From contig CAZYZS010000024.1 in NCBI GenBank assembly GCA_964651965.1, forward strand, positions 1-19,083: a stretch of DNA of 19,083 nucleotides. Direction: 5' to 3'. Positions 1 to 7,253 of this stretch are shown here, one piece after another; position 1 is the first letter of the stretch, and every line of letters begins with the position of its first letter. The notes beneath the pieces are model-generated. The model did not search any database and had not been told where the DNA came from. It saw nothing but the letters and a program-made list of their open reading frames with translations. Source of the stretch: Candidatus Woesearchaeota archaeon (lineage in GTDB: Archaea; Nanobdellota; Nanobdellia; Pacearchaeales; GW2011-AR1). The position numbers and the translations under genes were made by a program.

Positions 1-390
1 ATTTGTTATTGAATAAGAAACTGGCTGGGAGGCATCATGAGATTTTGAAAATGCCTCAACATTTAATCCAGCTATCTTAAAATTCTCGTTGCTTTTTATC
101 TCATTTATCAAGCCTTCATTGCTGCATAAAAAGCCGTTTCTTATAGTGCCTTTTGTTGCGAAAATAGGAACATTGAATTTGCGGGCAAAAACATCCGCTC
201 CCTTAATATGGTCTGTATGCTCATGAGTTATAAAAACCCCTTTTACTTTCTCAGCGTTTTCTCCAAGAGAAGCAAGCCTTTCAACAACCTGCTTGCAAGA
301 TATTCCTATATCTACTAAAATCGCGCTATCTTTATGCAAAACATAAAAGCAATTTCCACAGCTACCAGATGATAATGCAGCTACCTTCAT
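1..390 (-). CDS. MBL-fold metallo-hydrolase (YycJ/PhnP-like), N-terminal 130 aa; the gene runs off the left edge
   Basis: Manual reverse-strand translation from ATG at 390-388 gives MKVAALSSGSCGNCFYVLHKDSAILVDIGISCKQVVERLASLGENAEKVKGVFITHEHTDHIKGADVFARKFNVPIF... It contains the canonical HxHxDH zinc-binding motif (THEHTDH). It is absent from the ORF track because it is open at the window edge. Confidence 0.8.
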   Translation of the reverse strand, partial: MKVAALSSGSCGNCFYVLHKDSAILVDIGISCKQVVERLASLGENAEKVKGVFITHEHTDHIKGADVFARKFNVPIFATKGTIRNGFLCSNEGLINEIKSNENFKIAGLNVEAFSKSHDASQPVSYSITN

Positions 391-460
391 TTTTTTATTT
401 TTACCTCTTTTTCAACATATAAGCTTTATAGAATTAAGAAGCCAGTTATTTAAATATATG

Positions 461-1159
461 TTATTGTAACTCTATTTCTTTTAAAACTTTTTTAATAACC
501 TCTTTAGCTTTTTCCACTTCTTCTTTTTTGTAAACATGAACTCCAAAAATTCCTTTAAAACTGTCATCAAACTGCGGCTTTTCTAAAAAAGCAAGCTGCT
601 TTTTCATTGATGCTTTTAAACTCTTTATATCCCCTTTTACCAGGTGCTTTTTCAATTCTTCTTCATTGCAGGGCATTAATGCAACAATGTCCCTTATATC
701 TGACAATCTTCCGCTATGAAATTTCATTGCAATAAGCAATTCTTTTTTTGGGATTGAAAATTCCAAATTATTTAGTCTATTTTTTGCAGAGTTTTTCTTT
801 ATATAATCAAATCCCCAAGTTGCATTAGTTGTTCTTGAAACTAAGCCGTTTATCAATAAATCCAAATCCACTGGAAGGTTCAAAAGCTTCTTTGCAAATC
901 TCTTGAAATTCTCTCCATACAAAACCTCTACTTTTTTCTCATAGTGCTGTGTATATCCTTGTTTTTTCAATAATGTTTCAAATTTCTCTAAATCTACCTC
1001 GCTAACAACCAAATCTAAGTCAATAGAAAATCTTTTTTTATATGTAGAGACCGCATATCCCCCAACAACAATGAAATCTAAGTTTTCATCCAAAAGCAGG
1101 CTTAAAATTCTAAGAACTTCCTGCTCTCTTTCCAATAAACCATCTCTTGCTGATATCAT
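461..1159 (-). CDS. AbiEii/DUF1814-like nucleotidyltransferase (putative type IV TA / abortive-infection toxin)
   Basis: Minimal NTase signature GG-x12-DLDL (VVGGYAVSTYKKRFSIDLDLVV), a second acidic motif VDLDLL, and a KELLIAMKFHSGRLSDIRDIVAL motif resembling the AbiEii K...R..D..D motif. I start it at the internal ATG 1159-1157 (MISARDGLLERE...) rather than 1270. The longer form would overlap the upstream gene by more than 100 nt, whereas ATG 1159 lies 5 nt after that gene's stop (1165-1167). Confidence 0.6.
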   Translation of the reverse strand: MISARDGLLEREQEVLRILSLLLDENLDFIVVGGYAVSTYKKRFSIDLDLVVSEVDLEKFETLLKKQGYTQHYEKKVEVLYGENFKRFAKKLLNLPVDLDLLINGLVSRTTNATWGFDYIKKNSAKNRLNNLEFSIPKKELLIAMKFHSGRLSDIRDIVALMPCNEEELKKHLVKGDIKSLKASMKKQLAFLEKPQFDDSFKGIFGVHVYKKEEVEKAKEVIKKVLKEIELQ

Positions 1160-1164
1160 TTTAC

Positions 1165-1824
1165 TTATTTGTAATTCGTACGAACCTCTGCGTATTTTGC
1201 ATTTAATTTTAAGCCATACATTAAATCCAAATGTTCCAATATATTTTCTAATTGCAATTTCTTGCACCATTCAACTAACTCATTTAAAGGCATAACAGGC
1301 AACCCATCTTTTTTCTCTATTTTAAAATTCTTCCTTGGGATAATGACAATCAAAGGCCTTTCCTTTAATACCTCTTTTTCTGTATACGAAATTCCATTAT
1401 CATCAAAAACTCTCTTTAAAGAAAAAACATACTTTTTATTAACTTCTAAAAAATAAATTCTTTCATAAAAATCTCCTGTAACAAAACTCCCCTTTGTCCA
1501 GATTGTTGCTGCACTTCCCTTTACAAACCTAGCTTTTAAGTTTAACTTAGCATTTTTAATTAATTCCCAAAAAACCCTGTCTTTTCTTACGACTCCTATC
1601 ACATTATCCAATTCCAAAAATTTGTTATAAATAGAATTCTTATTTATTTTTATCTTGTTTTTATTTCCTTTTTTTATTAAGCTTACAACTTCATATTTTT
1701 CTAACTCTAAAACCCATTTGTATACTGCAGAATAAGCAAATCCAATTCTATGAGCCAAGCTACGTATGCTTTCTCCATCTTTAGCATTCTTCACAACCGC
1801 CATTGTTATTTCATTTACTACCAT
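1165..1824 (-). CDS. winged-HTH DNA-binding protein, AbiEi-like putative antitoxin/autoregulator
   Basis: N-terminal HTH-like segment (ESIRSLAHRIGFAYSAVYKWVLELEKYEVVSLIKKG) plus a C-terminal domain of about 140 aa. It sits immediately upstream of, and is translationally coupled to, the NTase gene. A palindromic operator candidate lies in its promoter. Confidence 0.5.
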   Translation of the reverse strand: MVVNEITMAVVKNAKDGESIRSLAHRIGFAYSAVYKWVLELEKYEVVSLIKKGNKNKIKINKNSIYNKFLELDNVIGVVRKDRVFWELIKNAKLNLKARFVKGSAATIWTKGSFVTGDFYERIYFLEVNKKYVFSLKRVFDDNGISYTEKEVLKERPLIVIIPRKNFKIEKKDGLPVMPLNELVEWCKKLQLENILEHLDLMYGLKLNAKYAEVRTNYK

Positions 1825-1848
1825 ATTCTACCCTTATCAATCTTATTA

Positions 1849-1868
1849 ATTATCTTTTAAAAGATAAT
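1849..1868 (-). promoter_or_regulatory. perfect 20-bp palindrome ATTATCTTTTAAAAGATAAT overlapping the TATA-like element of the wHTH/NTase operon (candidate operator)
   Basis: Read directly; the sequence equals its own reverse complement. Its centre is about 34 nt upstream of ATG 1824, the position expected for an archaeal TATA box. Confidence 0.5.
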
Positions 1869-1926
1869 GGATATTTAAATGTTTGCATTTGACCTATTTT
1901 TTAGCTAGTTTCCAATAAATAATCTT

Positions 1927-2892
1927 TTATCTAGGAATATAAGTTATACCTGATTGTTTTGAAATCAAAACAGATTCATAACTTTTAATTAGATTAGGAA
2001 ACCTGTTGCTTATTTCTCTCATAATACTATGAAACCTTTCGAAACTTTCCACTTCTAACTCCAGCTCGACATCCCACGGGCCAACGCACTGTGTTAAAGC
2101 AGTAATATTTGGATGGTTCGCGCAAAATTCAATCAATTGCGCTTCTTTTTCTTTGGTCTTATTCTGTAAATAAATAAAAGATTTGCAAAATTCTATCTTT
2201 AATTTTTCTAGGTTCAAGTCTATTCTGAAAGCAGTTATCACTTTCTTCCTGATAAGTTCCCTAATCCTATAGATTATCAAAGAGGGGGAAAGTTTAAGTT
2301 TGTCTGCAATTTTAACAATAGGGCATTTGGCATCACGCGTTAAAAATCTCAAAATCTCAAGGTCTGTATTGTCTATCTTCTCTTTTTTTACGCTTCCGCC
2401 GATGCAGGACATTTTTCCTTCTCTGTTATTTAACATCCATTTCCTGCTGTAAACATAATATTGCAGGGTCGTAGTAGTCTGTTTTGTTGAAATATGGCTG
2501 CTGAATTTATTTAAGAAGTTTGAGAGTATTTTGTTAAAATCAAAAATATCCTGCGCCCAAAAAGCAACTATTAAGTCCCATCTTCCGCTGCAAATAGCGA
2601 TCCATGCGGTTCTTGTTTGTTTACCAAGATAGTCTATTATCTTCTTTTCTATGTCTTCTGTAACATTCTGGTATTGCAGATAAACTTTGTAAGTTCCATA
2701 ACCAAGTTTTGCGACATTCACTTCTGCAAAAAATCTTGTTATAATCCTTTTATTAATTAAATTCTTGACTCTATAATTTACTCCTTCTTTGCTTATCTTT
2801 ACTTCTTTGGATATTTTTTTATTCGATTGTCTGCAATCCTTGTCCAACTCATAAATTATACTCTTATCCTTCAAGTCAATTAATTCTTCCAT
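1927..2892 (-). CDS. fused double Lrp/AsnC-family transcriptional regulator (two HTH + RAM-like modules in one chain)
   Basis: Two successive modules. Residues ~5-150: DKSIIYELDKDCRQSNKKISKEVKISKEGVNYRVKNLINKRIIT...GRWDLIVAFW. Residues ~175-320: DLEILRFLTRDAKCPIVKIADKLKLSPSLIIYRIRELIRKKVIT...CVGPWDVELELEV. It is a paralog of 13272-14237. The TATA box is about 26 nt upstream of the ATG (leaderless). Confidence 0.8.
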   Translation of the reverse strand: MEELIDLKDKSIIYELDKDCRQSNKKISKEVKISKEGVNYRVKNLINKRIITRFFAEVNVAKLGYGTYKVYLQYQNVTEDIEKKIIDYLGKQTRTAWIAICSGRWDLIVAFWAQDIFDFNKILSNFLNKFSSHISTKQTTTTLQYYVYSRKWMLNNREGKMSCIGGSVKKEKIDNTDLEILRFLTRDAKCPIVKIADKLKLSPSLIIYRIRELIRKKVITAFRIDLNLEKLKIEFCKSFIYLQNKTKEKEAQLIEFCANHPNITALTQCVGPWDVELELEVESFERFHSIMREISNRFPNLIKSYESVLISKQSGITYIPR

Positions 2893-2912
2893 ATTTAACT
2901 ATAATTCAAATA

Positions 2913-2935
2913 TATTTATAAATTTTTGCATTTTG
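2913..2935 (-). promoter_or_regulatory. promoter module CAAAATG-N5-ATTTATAAATA (minus-strand reading), shared with the paralogous Lrp gene
   Basis: Plus-strand TATTTATAAATTTTTGCATTTTG matches TATTTATAAATATTACCATTTTG at 14257-14279 at 20 of 23 positions, with the same spacing to the ATG. Confidence 0.5.
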
Positions 2936-3016
2936 AGCTAAAAAATATAAGAAAAATTAATAAATATAAAAGAACTAATAATTTCAACCCAAAGGGAAAA
3001 GAGTTCTGATAGGAAT

Positions 3017-3355
3017 TTGAAAATGGCAAAAACAATAGATTGTTGCATTAAAAGTCCATATGACTCCAGAATAAATTACAGTTCTAATTATAAATGTCCC
3101 GAGAAACGAAGAATCGCTGCTGTTTTATTTGAAAATTATGAGATTATGCCTTCTGGCAACGATAGAATCGAGATAGCAACATTTTCCTCAACAAATCAAG
3201 CTATTATTATTCCTTGTAGGGGTTCTGGAATCGAATTGATAAAAGCAAGACGCAAATCCAAAGGAAGACTTATAACTAAATTAGACAATTGGACTCATAT
3301 TAGAATAAAAGAAGGAAATAGAAATTATAATTATCTATTTATTTTTGGTTCTTAA
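3017..3355 (+). CDS. hypothetical protein (orphan ORF; ATG at 3023 more likely than TTG at 3017)
   Basis: Only an open frame with plausible codon usage. No recognisable motif, SD or clear terminator. It converges on leuS with a 16-nt gap. Confidence 0.35.
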   Translation: MKMAKTIDCCIKSPYDSRINYSSNYKCPEKRRIAAVLFENYEIMPSGNDRIEIATFSSTNQAIIIPCRGSGIELIKARRKSKGRLITKLDNWTHIRIKEGNRNYNYLFIFGS

Positions 3356-3371
3356 AAATAGGAAAAGAGTT

Positions 3372-6038
3372 TCACTCCAGATAAATTGCAGGCTTTCCAG
3401 GCTTTGCCTTTCCTGCTTTATTTTGCGGGTCATACTTATTTTTATCATTGACAGTAAAAATGTTAATCTCCATATTTGTTAATCTGGAGATACGTTCTTT
3501 AGATTCATTATACAACTCAAATTCCTTAGGAATAACATAGATAAATGCCTTCTTTACAATTTTGTTTTGTTTTTGTCTGATTAGTTTTATAATATTATTT
3601 AGGTCTGCAATCGTCTGCTCTATTTGCTTTTCCTGCTTCTCTAGTTCTAAATCAATCATTTTTTCATTAACTTTAGGCCACTCTGAGATTGAAATAAAAT
3701 CTTTTTTGCCAAGCTTGTTCCAGATTTCTTCTGCAATAAATGGTGCAAAAGGTGAAAGAACTTTGGTCTGAATTTCTATAAATGCACTTAAAAGATTCTG
3801 ATTTGCTCTGCTTTTATTAAGATACTCCCTTAAAACTCTTTGCATTTGATAAATAAGCCTATCAAAAGCAGTTCTAAACATCATATTTTCCATTGCTTCG
3901 GTTCCTTCTTTTAATAAGCTGTTGCTACTGGATAAAAAAAGTTTATCAGACTTGCTTAACTCACTTTTTTTTGCTGCGCGGTAATTATGAATAGCAAAAT
4001 TGTACCATTGTTGCAATTTCTGCTTTATATTTTCTGCATTGCTAAAATCGAAATTGGGATCGTCTAATCCCTCTCCGCCTAACATTAATCCAGATCGGAT
4101 AACGTCAGCAGGATATTTATCTAGCATTTGCCTTATTGTATAAAAATTTCCTTTGCTTTTAGACATCTTATCCCCTCCAACTAAAAGCCAGCCATTAATG
4201 CTGAAGCCTAAAGGCCAATATTTTTCTTGAAAAATGGCCGTGTGATTAAATAAACAAAAGGATAAATGATTTTGAACTAAATCTTTTCCAGAACTCCTAA
4301 TATCAAAGGGGTACCAATACTGAAATTCTTTTTGCATTTCTTGCATTTTTTTGTCTCCTTTTCCTTTATTTAAAAAAATAAAATCGAAAAAATCATCATT
4401 TATTTTTTCTTCAGGATATTCTTTTATTAAATGAGCAATTGTATAATAAGCCATATAAATTGTAGAATCAGATAAGGATTCTATTACCCATTTTTCATCC
4501 CAAGGCAATTTCGTTCCAGTTCCATGATAATGAGTGCATGCCCAATCCTTTAACCAATCTAATACATAAGTGAACTGCTGCCTGACAAGATCAGGGTACA
4601 ATTTCATCTTATCCAGAGCCTTATGGGTTATTTTTTTCCATTCTGGATCACCATACTTCAAGAACCATTGATCTGTTGTAATTTTAACAACGCAAGGAGT
4701 AAGGCACCTGCATACAACTTTTCCTTCTAATTCATAAAACATTACAGCGTCTCCTTTTTCAGTAAGAGTTTTTTTCAAATATTCTTGGCATTCAGGAACA
4801 CTCATTTTAGCACACGCACCGCAGTTATCCCTCATTATCCCCTTTCTGAAAACTCTCCTATTTAGTTCTCCTTTCGCTTTTTCTAGAGCTTCTTTATCTT
4901 TTGAAGATTTAACTCCAAATTCTTTTCCTATATCTTCTCCAAGATTCTCCCCCATTCCGGGGACTGTAATTATATAAATAGGTTTTAATTTTTTAACAAT
5001 ATTCTTATTTAATCCATATTTTTTCTGCAGCCCTTCATCTTCTTGTATTTTTCTTAGTTCAAATAAATCAACAGGATCTTCTAATGCAGAATAGACAATT
5101 CCTGAGCCGATAGAAGAATCAATAAACCAAGCAGGCAAAGCAGTTATTTCATAATCTACAACAGGCCCTTTATAGATTTTGCCTATTAATTCTTCAGGTT
5201 TAATATCTTTGATAATTTCAATGTTTTCTTCATATTGACTTCTTATCTTATCAATAACTTTTTTTCCTACAACCCATTTTTCTTTTTTTACCTTTACTAC
5301 AGAATACTCTCCTTTAGGGTCAACCCATAAATTAGTCTGCCCATAAAACGCATCTGGCCTTGTAGTTCCGGCCATTATTATTAAATCAGAATTTTTCATT
5401 CTAAATTTACCCCAAATAAAATCTTGGGTTGTAATTCCTTCGCCCTCGACTCTGTCATGATCTCCCACAGGCATATTATCTTTAGGGCACCAAACAACCG
5501 GATGTTTCCCTGTATCTACTAATCTTTTTTCTTTTAGTTTTCTAAATTGCCAACCTATAAATTTATCATATCTAGAATTAAGCGAAGTTGTTATAAAGCT
5601 GCGCCTCCAATCTACGCTATTCCCTATTCTAGAAAAATCTTCTTTTGCAGCAGGCACAAAAGTATCTATCCAGTGCTGAACTTCTGAAAATTTTGATATC
5701 TCTTTTTCAGAAAACCCCATTGATTTTATTATTTGAATTTGCTTTGGTTCTCCTTCTTTTATTCTTTGGGCAGCTGCCCAAACTGGAGTACCGGTACAAT
5801 GCCATCCTTGTGGAAAAAGAACATTAAATCCACGCATTCTCTTAAACCTGGCCATTACATCGGCTCTTACAGAAGAAAATCCATGCCCTAAATGAAGATG
5901 GCCATTAACATAAGGATAGGGAAAATTAATAAAAAACTTATTTTTCTTATCAGGATTTGCTTCAAATACCTTTTTCTCTTCCCATTTCTTCTGCCATTTT
6001 TTTTCTATCTTCTTAAAGTCAATTTTTTCTTCTTCCAT
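3372..6038 (-). CDS. leuS: leucine--tRNA ligase, archaeal/eukaryal type
   Basis: Class I HIGH motif (PYVNGHLHLGHGFS), KMSKS motif (GGDKMSKSKGNFYT), an archaeal-type LFPQGWHCTGTPV segment, a CP1 editing-like TTRPDAFYGQTNLWV, and a C-terminal ...KPGKPAIYLE. Confidence 0.97.
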   Translation of the reverse strand: MEEEKIDFKKIEKKWQKKWEEKKVFEANPDKKNKFFINFPYPYVNGHLHLGHGFSSVRADVMARFKRMRGFNVLFPQGWHCTGTPVWAAAQRIKEGEPKQIQIIKSMGFSEKEISKFSEVQHWIDTFVPAAKEDFSRIGNSVDWRRSFITTSLNSRYDKFIGWQFRKLKEKRLVDTGKHPVVWCPKDNMPVGDHDRVEGEGITTQDFIWGKFRMKNSDLIIMAGTTRPDAFYGQTNLWVDPKGEYSVVKVKKEKWVVGKKVIDKIRSQYEENIEIIKDIKPEELIGKIYKGPVVDYEITALPAWFIDSSIGSGIVYSALEDPVDLFELRKIQEDEGLQKKYGLNKNIVKKLKPIYIITVPGMGENLGEDIGKEFGVKSSKDKEALEKAKGELNRRVFRKGIMRDNCGACAKMSVPECQEYLKKTLTEKGDAVMFYELEGKVVCRCLTPCVVKITTDQWFLKYGDPEWKKITHKALDKMKLYPDLVRQQFTYVLDWLKDWACTHYHGTGTKLPWDEKWVIESLSDSTIYMAYYTIAHLIKEYPEEKINDDFFDFIFLNKGKGDKKMQEMQKEFQYWYPFDIRSSGKDLVQNHLSFCLFNHTAIFQEKYWPLGFSINGWLLVGGDKMSKSKGNFYTIRQMLDKYPADVIRSGLMLGGEGLDDPNFDFSNAENIKQKLQQWYNFAIHNYRAAKKSELSKSDKLFLSSSNSLLKEGTEAMENMMFRTAFDRLIYQMQRVLREYLNKSRANQNLLSAFIEIQTKVLSPFAPFIAEEIWNKLGKKDFISISEWPKVNEKMIDLELEKQEKQIEQTIADLNNIIKLIRQKQNKIVKKAFIYVIPKEFELYNESKERISRLTNMEINIFTVNDKNKYDPQNKAGKAKPGKPAIYLE

Positions 6039-6062
6039 AGTTATCCTAACAATTCTCCATTT

Positions 6063-6380
6063 TTAAATTATTTCCTCACTACATTTAGTTCTTATAAAAT
6101 GATAAAATGCCTCGTAAGCCTCTTTCATCCTTTCTTTGGACCTTTGATTATATGGGCATAAACATATTTTAGGAAGCTCTCCATTAAATGGGCAGTCGTT
6201 CATATCCAAGATGCTCAATTGATTTTCAGGGGACATCCATTTATTAAAGTGGACATTAGAGCCATTAACAGTCACCCCATATTTATAGACCGTATCAGAA
6301 TCAGGCAATACAACCTCGGTCTCATACTCCCTTGTATGTTCGTTCCATTCCATACTTTTAACAACAAATTCAAGAGCCAT
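6063..6380 (-). CDS. hypothetical 105-aa protein, apparently first gene of the leuS transcription unit
   Basis: Open frame 24 nt upstream of leuS on the same strand. No recognisable family. Contains 4 Cys (DCPF...ICLCPY). Confidence 0.5.
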   Translation of the reverse strand: MALEFVVKSMEWNEHTREYETEVVLPDSDTVYKYGVTVNGSNVHFNKWMSPENQLSILDMNDCPFNGELPKICLCPYNQRSKERMKEAYEAFYHFIRTKCSEEII

Positions 6381-6419
6381 TTTTCAGAAAAAATATTTAG
6401 ATGGCTCTCTATAAGAGGG

Positions 6420-6546
6420 CCACGACTAACACGAGTACTAGAACAAACTGATAAAGTGTTAGTTCCATGTCGAAAATGGTTTATTTAGGCTCGATACCAT
6501 TTTCGAGCATCCTAAAAACCCAACGAATAAATAAGAGGGTTTTTTT
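6420..6546 (+). ncRNA. candidate structured small RNA, class unknown; strand assignment tentative
   Basis: Three hairpins: ACTAACAC(6425-6432)/GTGTTAGT(6456-6463); TCGAAAATGGT(6470-6480)/ACCATTTTCGA(6496-6506); AAAAACCC(6514-6521)/GGGTTTTT(6537-6544). The last runs into a T7 tract (6540-6546). A TATA-like AAATATTTA (6391-6399) lies about 26 nt upstream of 6420. Local GC is about 39% by my count, against a much more AT-rich background. The only ORF here is a spurious antisense run-on. Confidence 0.35.
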
Positions 6547-6570
6547 GATAAAAAGAATAAAGAAGATACC

Positions 6571-6579
6571 TTTATATAT
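6571..6579 (+). promoter_or_regulatory. TATA box TTTATATAT for leaderless endA
   Basis: Centre is about 25 nt upstream of ATG 6600. There is no SD in between. Confidence 0.55.
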
Positions 6580-6599
6580 CTTTCTTCACTTTAATAATT

Positions 6600-7208
6600 A
6601 TGGCATCAAAAAAACAAAAAAAATCAAAAGCTGAAAAGAAAACCGAAATAAAAGATAAAAAGAATAATAAAGAAAAACCCAAAGAAAAGATAATAAAGAT
6701 AAAAGCTGTTTTTGATGGAGAGTTCGTTTTCTCAAATAAAAAAGAAGCAATGGCTCTCCATGCCCAGTCAAGATTTGGAGAATTAAAGTCAGGAAAAATA
6801 ATTTATTCTACTTTTGAAGCTCTTTATCTTCTAGAAAGAGGAAAGATGGAAGTTTCTTTAGGAAAAAAGAAGCTTAAATTCGAGCAGCTTCTAGAAGAAG
6901 CAAGAAAAAAAGACAAGAACATAAGGACAAAATATATTGTTTTTAGAGACATGAGAAACAGAGGATTTATTGTTAAAACTGCTTTGAAATTCGGAGCAGA
7001 TTTCAGGATTTATGACCGGGGCATAAAGCCAGGAGAAGACCATGCCAAATGGATTCTATATCCCGTTTCAGAAACCTCCAGTTTAACCTGGCATGATTTT
7101 TCAGCAAAAAATAGAGTAGCTCATTCTACAAAAAAGAACCTTCTTATAGGAATAGTAGATGAAGAAGAAGATGTGACTTATTATGAGATTAGATGGTTGA
7201 AACCATAA
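6600..7208 (+). CDS. endA: tRNA-splicing (tRNA-intron) endonuclease with a Lys-rich N-terminal tail
   Basis: C-terminal catalytic domain pattern YIVFRDMRNRGFIVKTALKFGADFRIYDRG...EDHAKWILYPV...AHSTKKNLLIGIV, with Tyr/His/Lys catalytic-triad candidates. Residues 1-35 are low-complexity KKQKKSKAEKKTEIKDKKNNKEKPKEK. Confidence 0.9.
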   Translation: MASKKQKKSKAEKKTEIKDKKNNKEKPKEKIIKIKAVFDGEFVFSNKKEAMALHAQSRFGELKSGKIIYSTFEALYLLERGKMEVSLGKKKLKFEQLLEEARKKDKNIRTKYIVFRDMRNRGFIVKTALKFGADFRIYDRGIKPGEDHAKWILYPVSETSSLTWHDFSAKNRVAHSTKKNLLIGIVDEEEDVTYYEIRWLKP

Positions 7209-7253
7209 CTAAATCACAACAAACTTTATAATCTTTAACCATCTTCCTCTTAC

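Noticed and set aside
1160-1270. N-terminal 37-aa extension of the NTase ORF (track start 1270)
   Set aside because: It would overlap the upstream gene by 106 nt. The internal ATG at 1159 sits 5 nt after that gene's stop, and the conserved NTase core starts downstream of it.
1071-1456. Plus-strand ORFs 1071-1295 and 1262-1456
   Set aside because: They lie antisense to and entirely inside the wHTH/NTase genes. Their products are low-complexity and Leu/Ser/Phe-rich, as is typical of antisense frames in AT-rich coding DNA.
1927-2892. Double Lrp-like proteins as siroheme decarboxylase (AhbA/B, NirDL) subunits
   Set aside because: No heme or siroheme pathway genes are nearby. The context is amino-acid transport genes, and both HTH segments look intact. 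The idea cannot be excluded without profile searches, so it is listed as the refutation test in the corresponding finding.
3562-6161. Plus-strand ORFs 3562-3771, 5645-5827 and 5892-6161
   Set aside because: All lie antisense within leuS or its upstream ORF. The peptides are hydrophobic and low-complexity, with no start context.
6219-6488. Plus-strand ORF 6219-6488 (89 aa)
   Set aside because: Most of it is antisense to the 105-aa gene, and the remainder runs through the hairpin-rich element. It is better explained as a chance open frame.
6467-6510. H/ACA or C/D box guide RNA, intron-containing or split tRNA, or a bacterial-type T-box for the intergenic hairpins
   Set aside because: No C box (RUGAUGA) is present. 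The 11-bp stem has no pseudouridylation pocket or K-turn. There is no T-arm/GTTCRAAT-like element or acceptor pairing. The T-box resemblance (UGGUAUCGAG) is partial, and no specifier-loop/stem I architecture is evident. It is kept only as a remote possibility in the corresponding finding.
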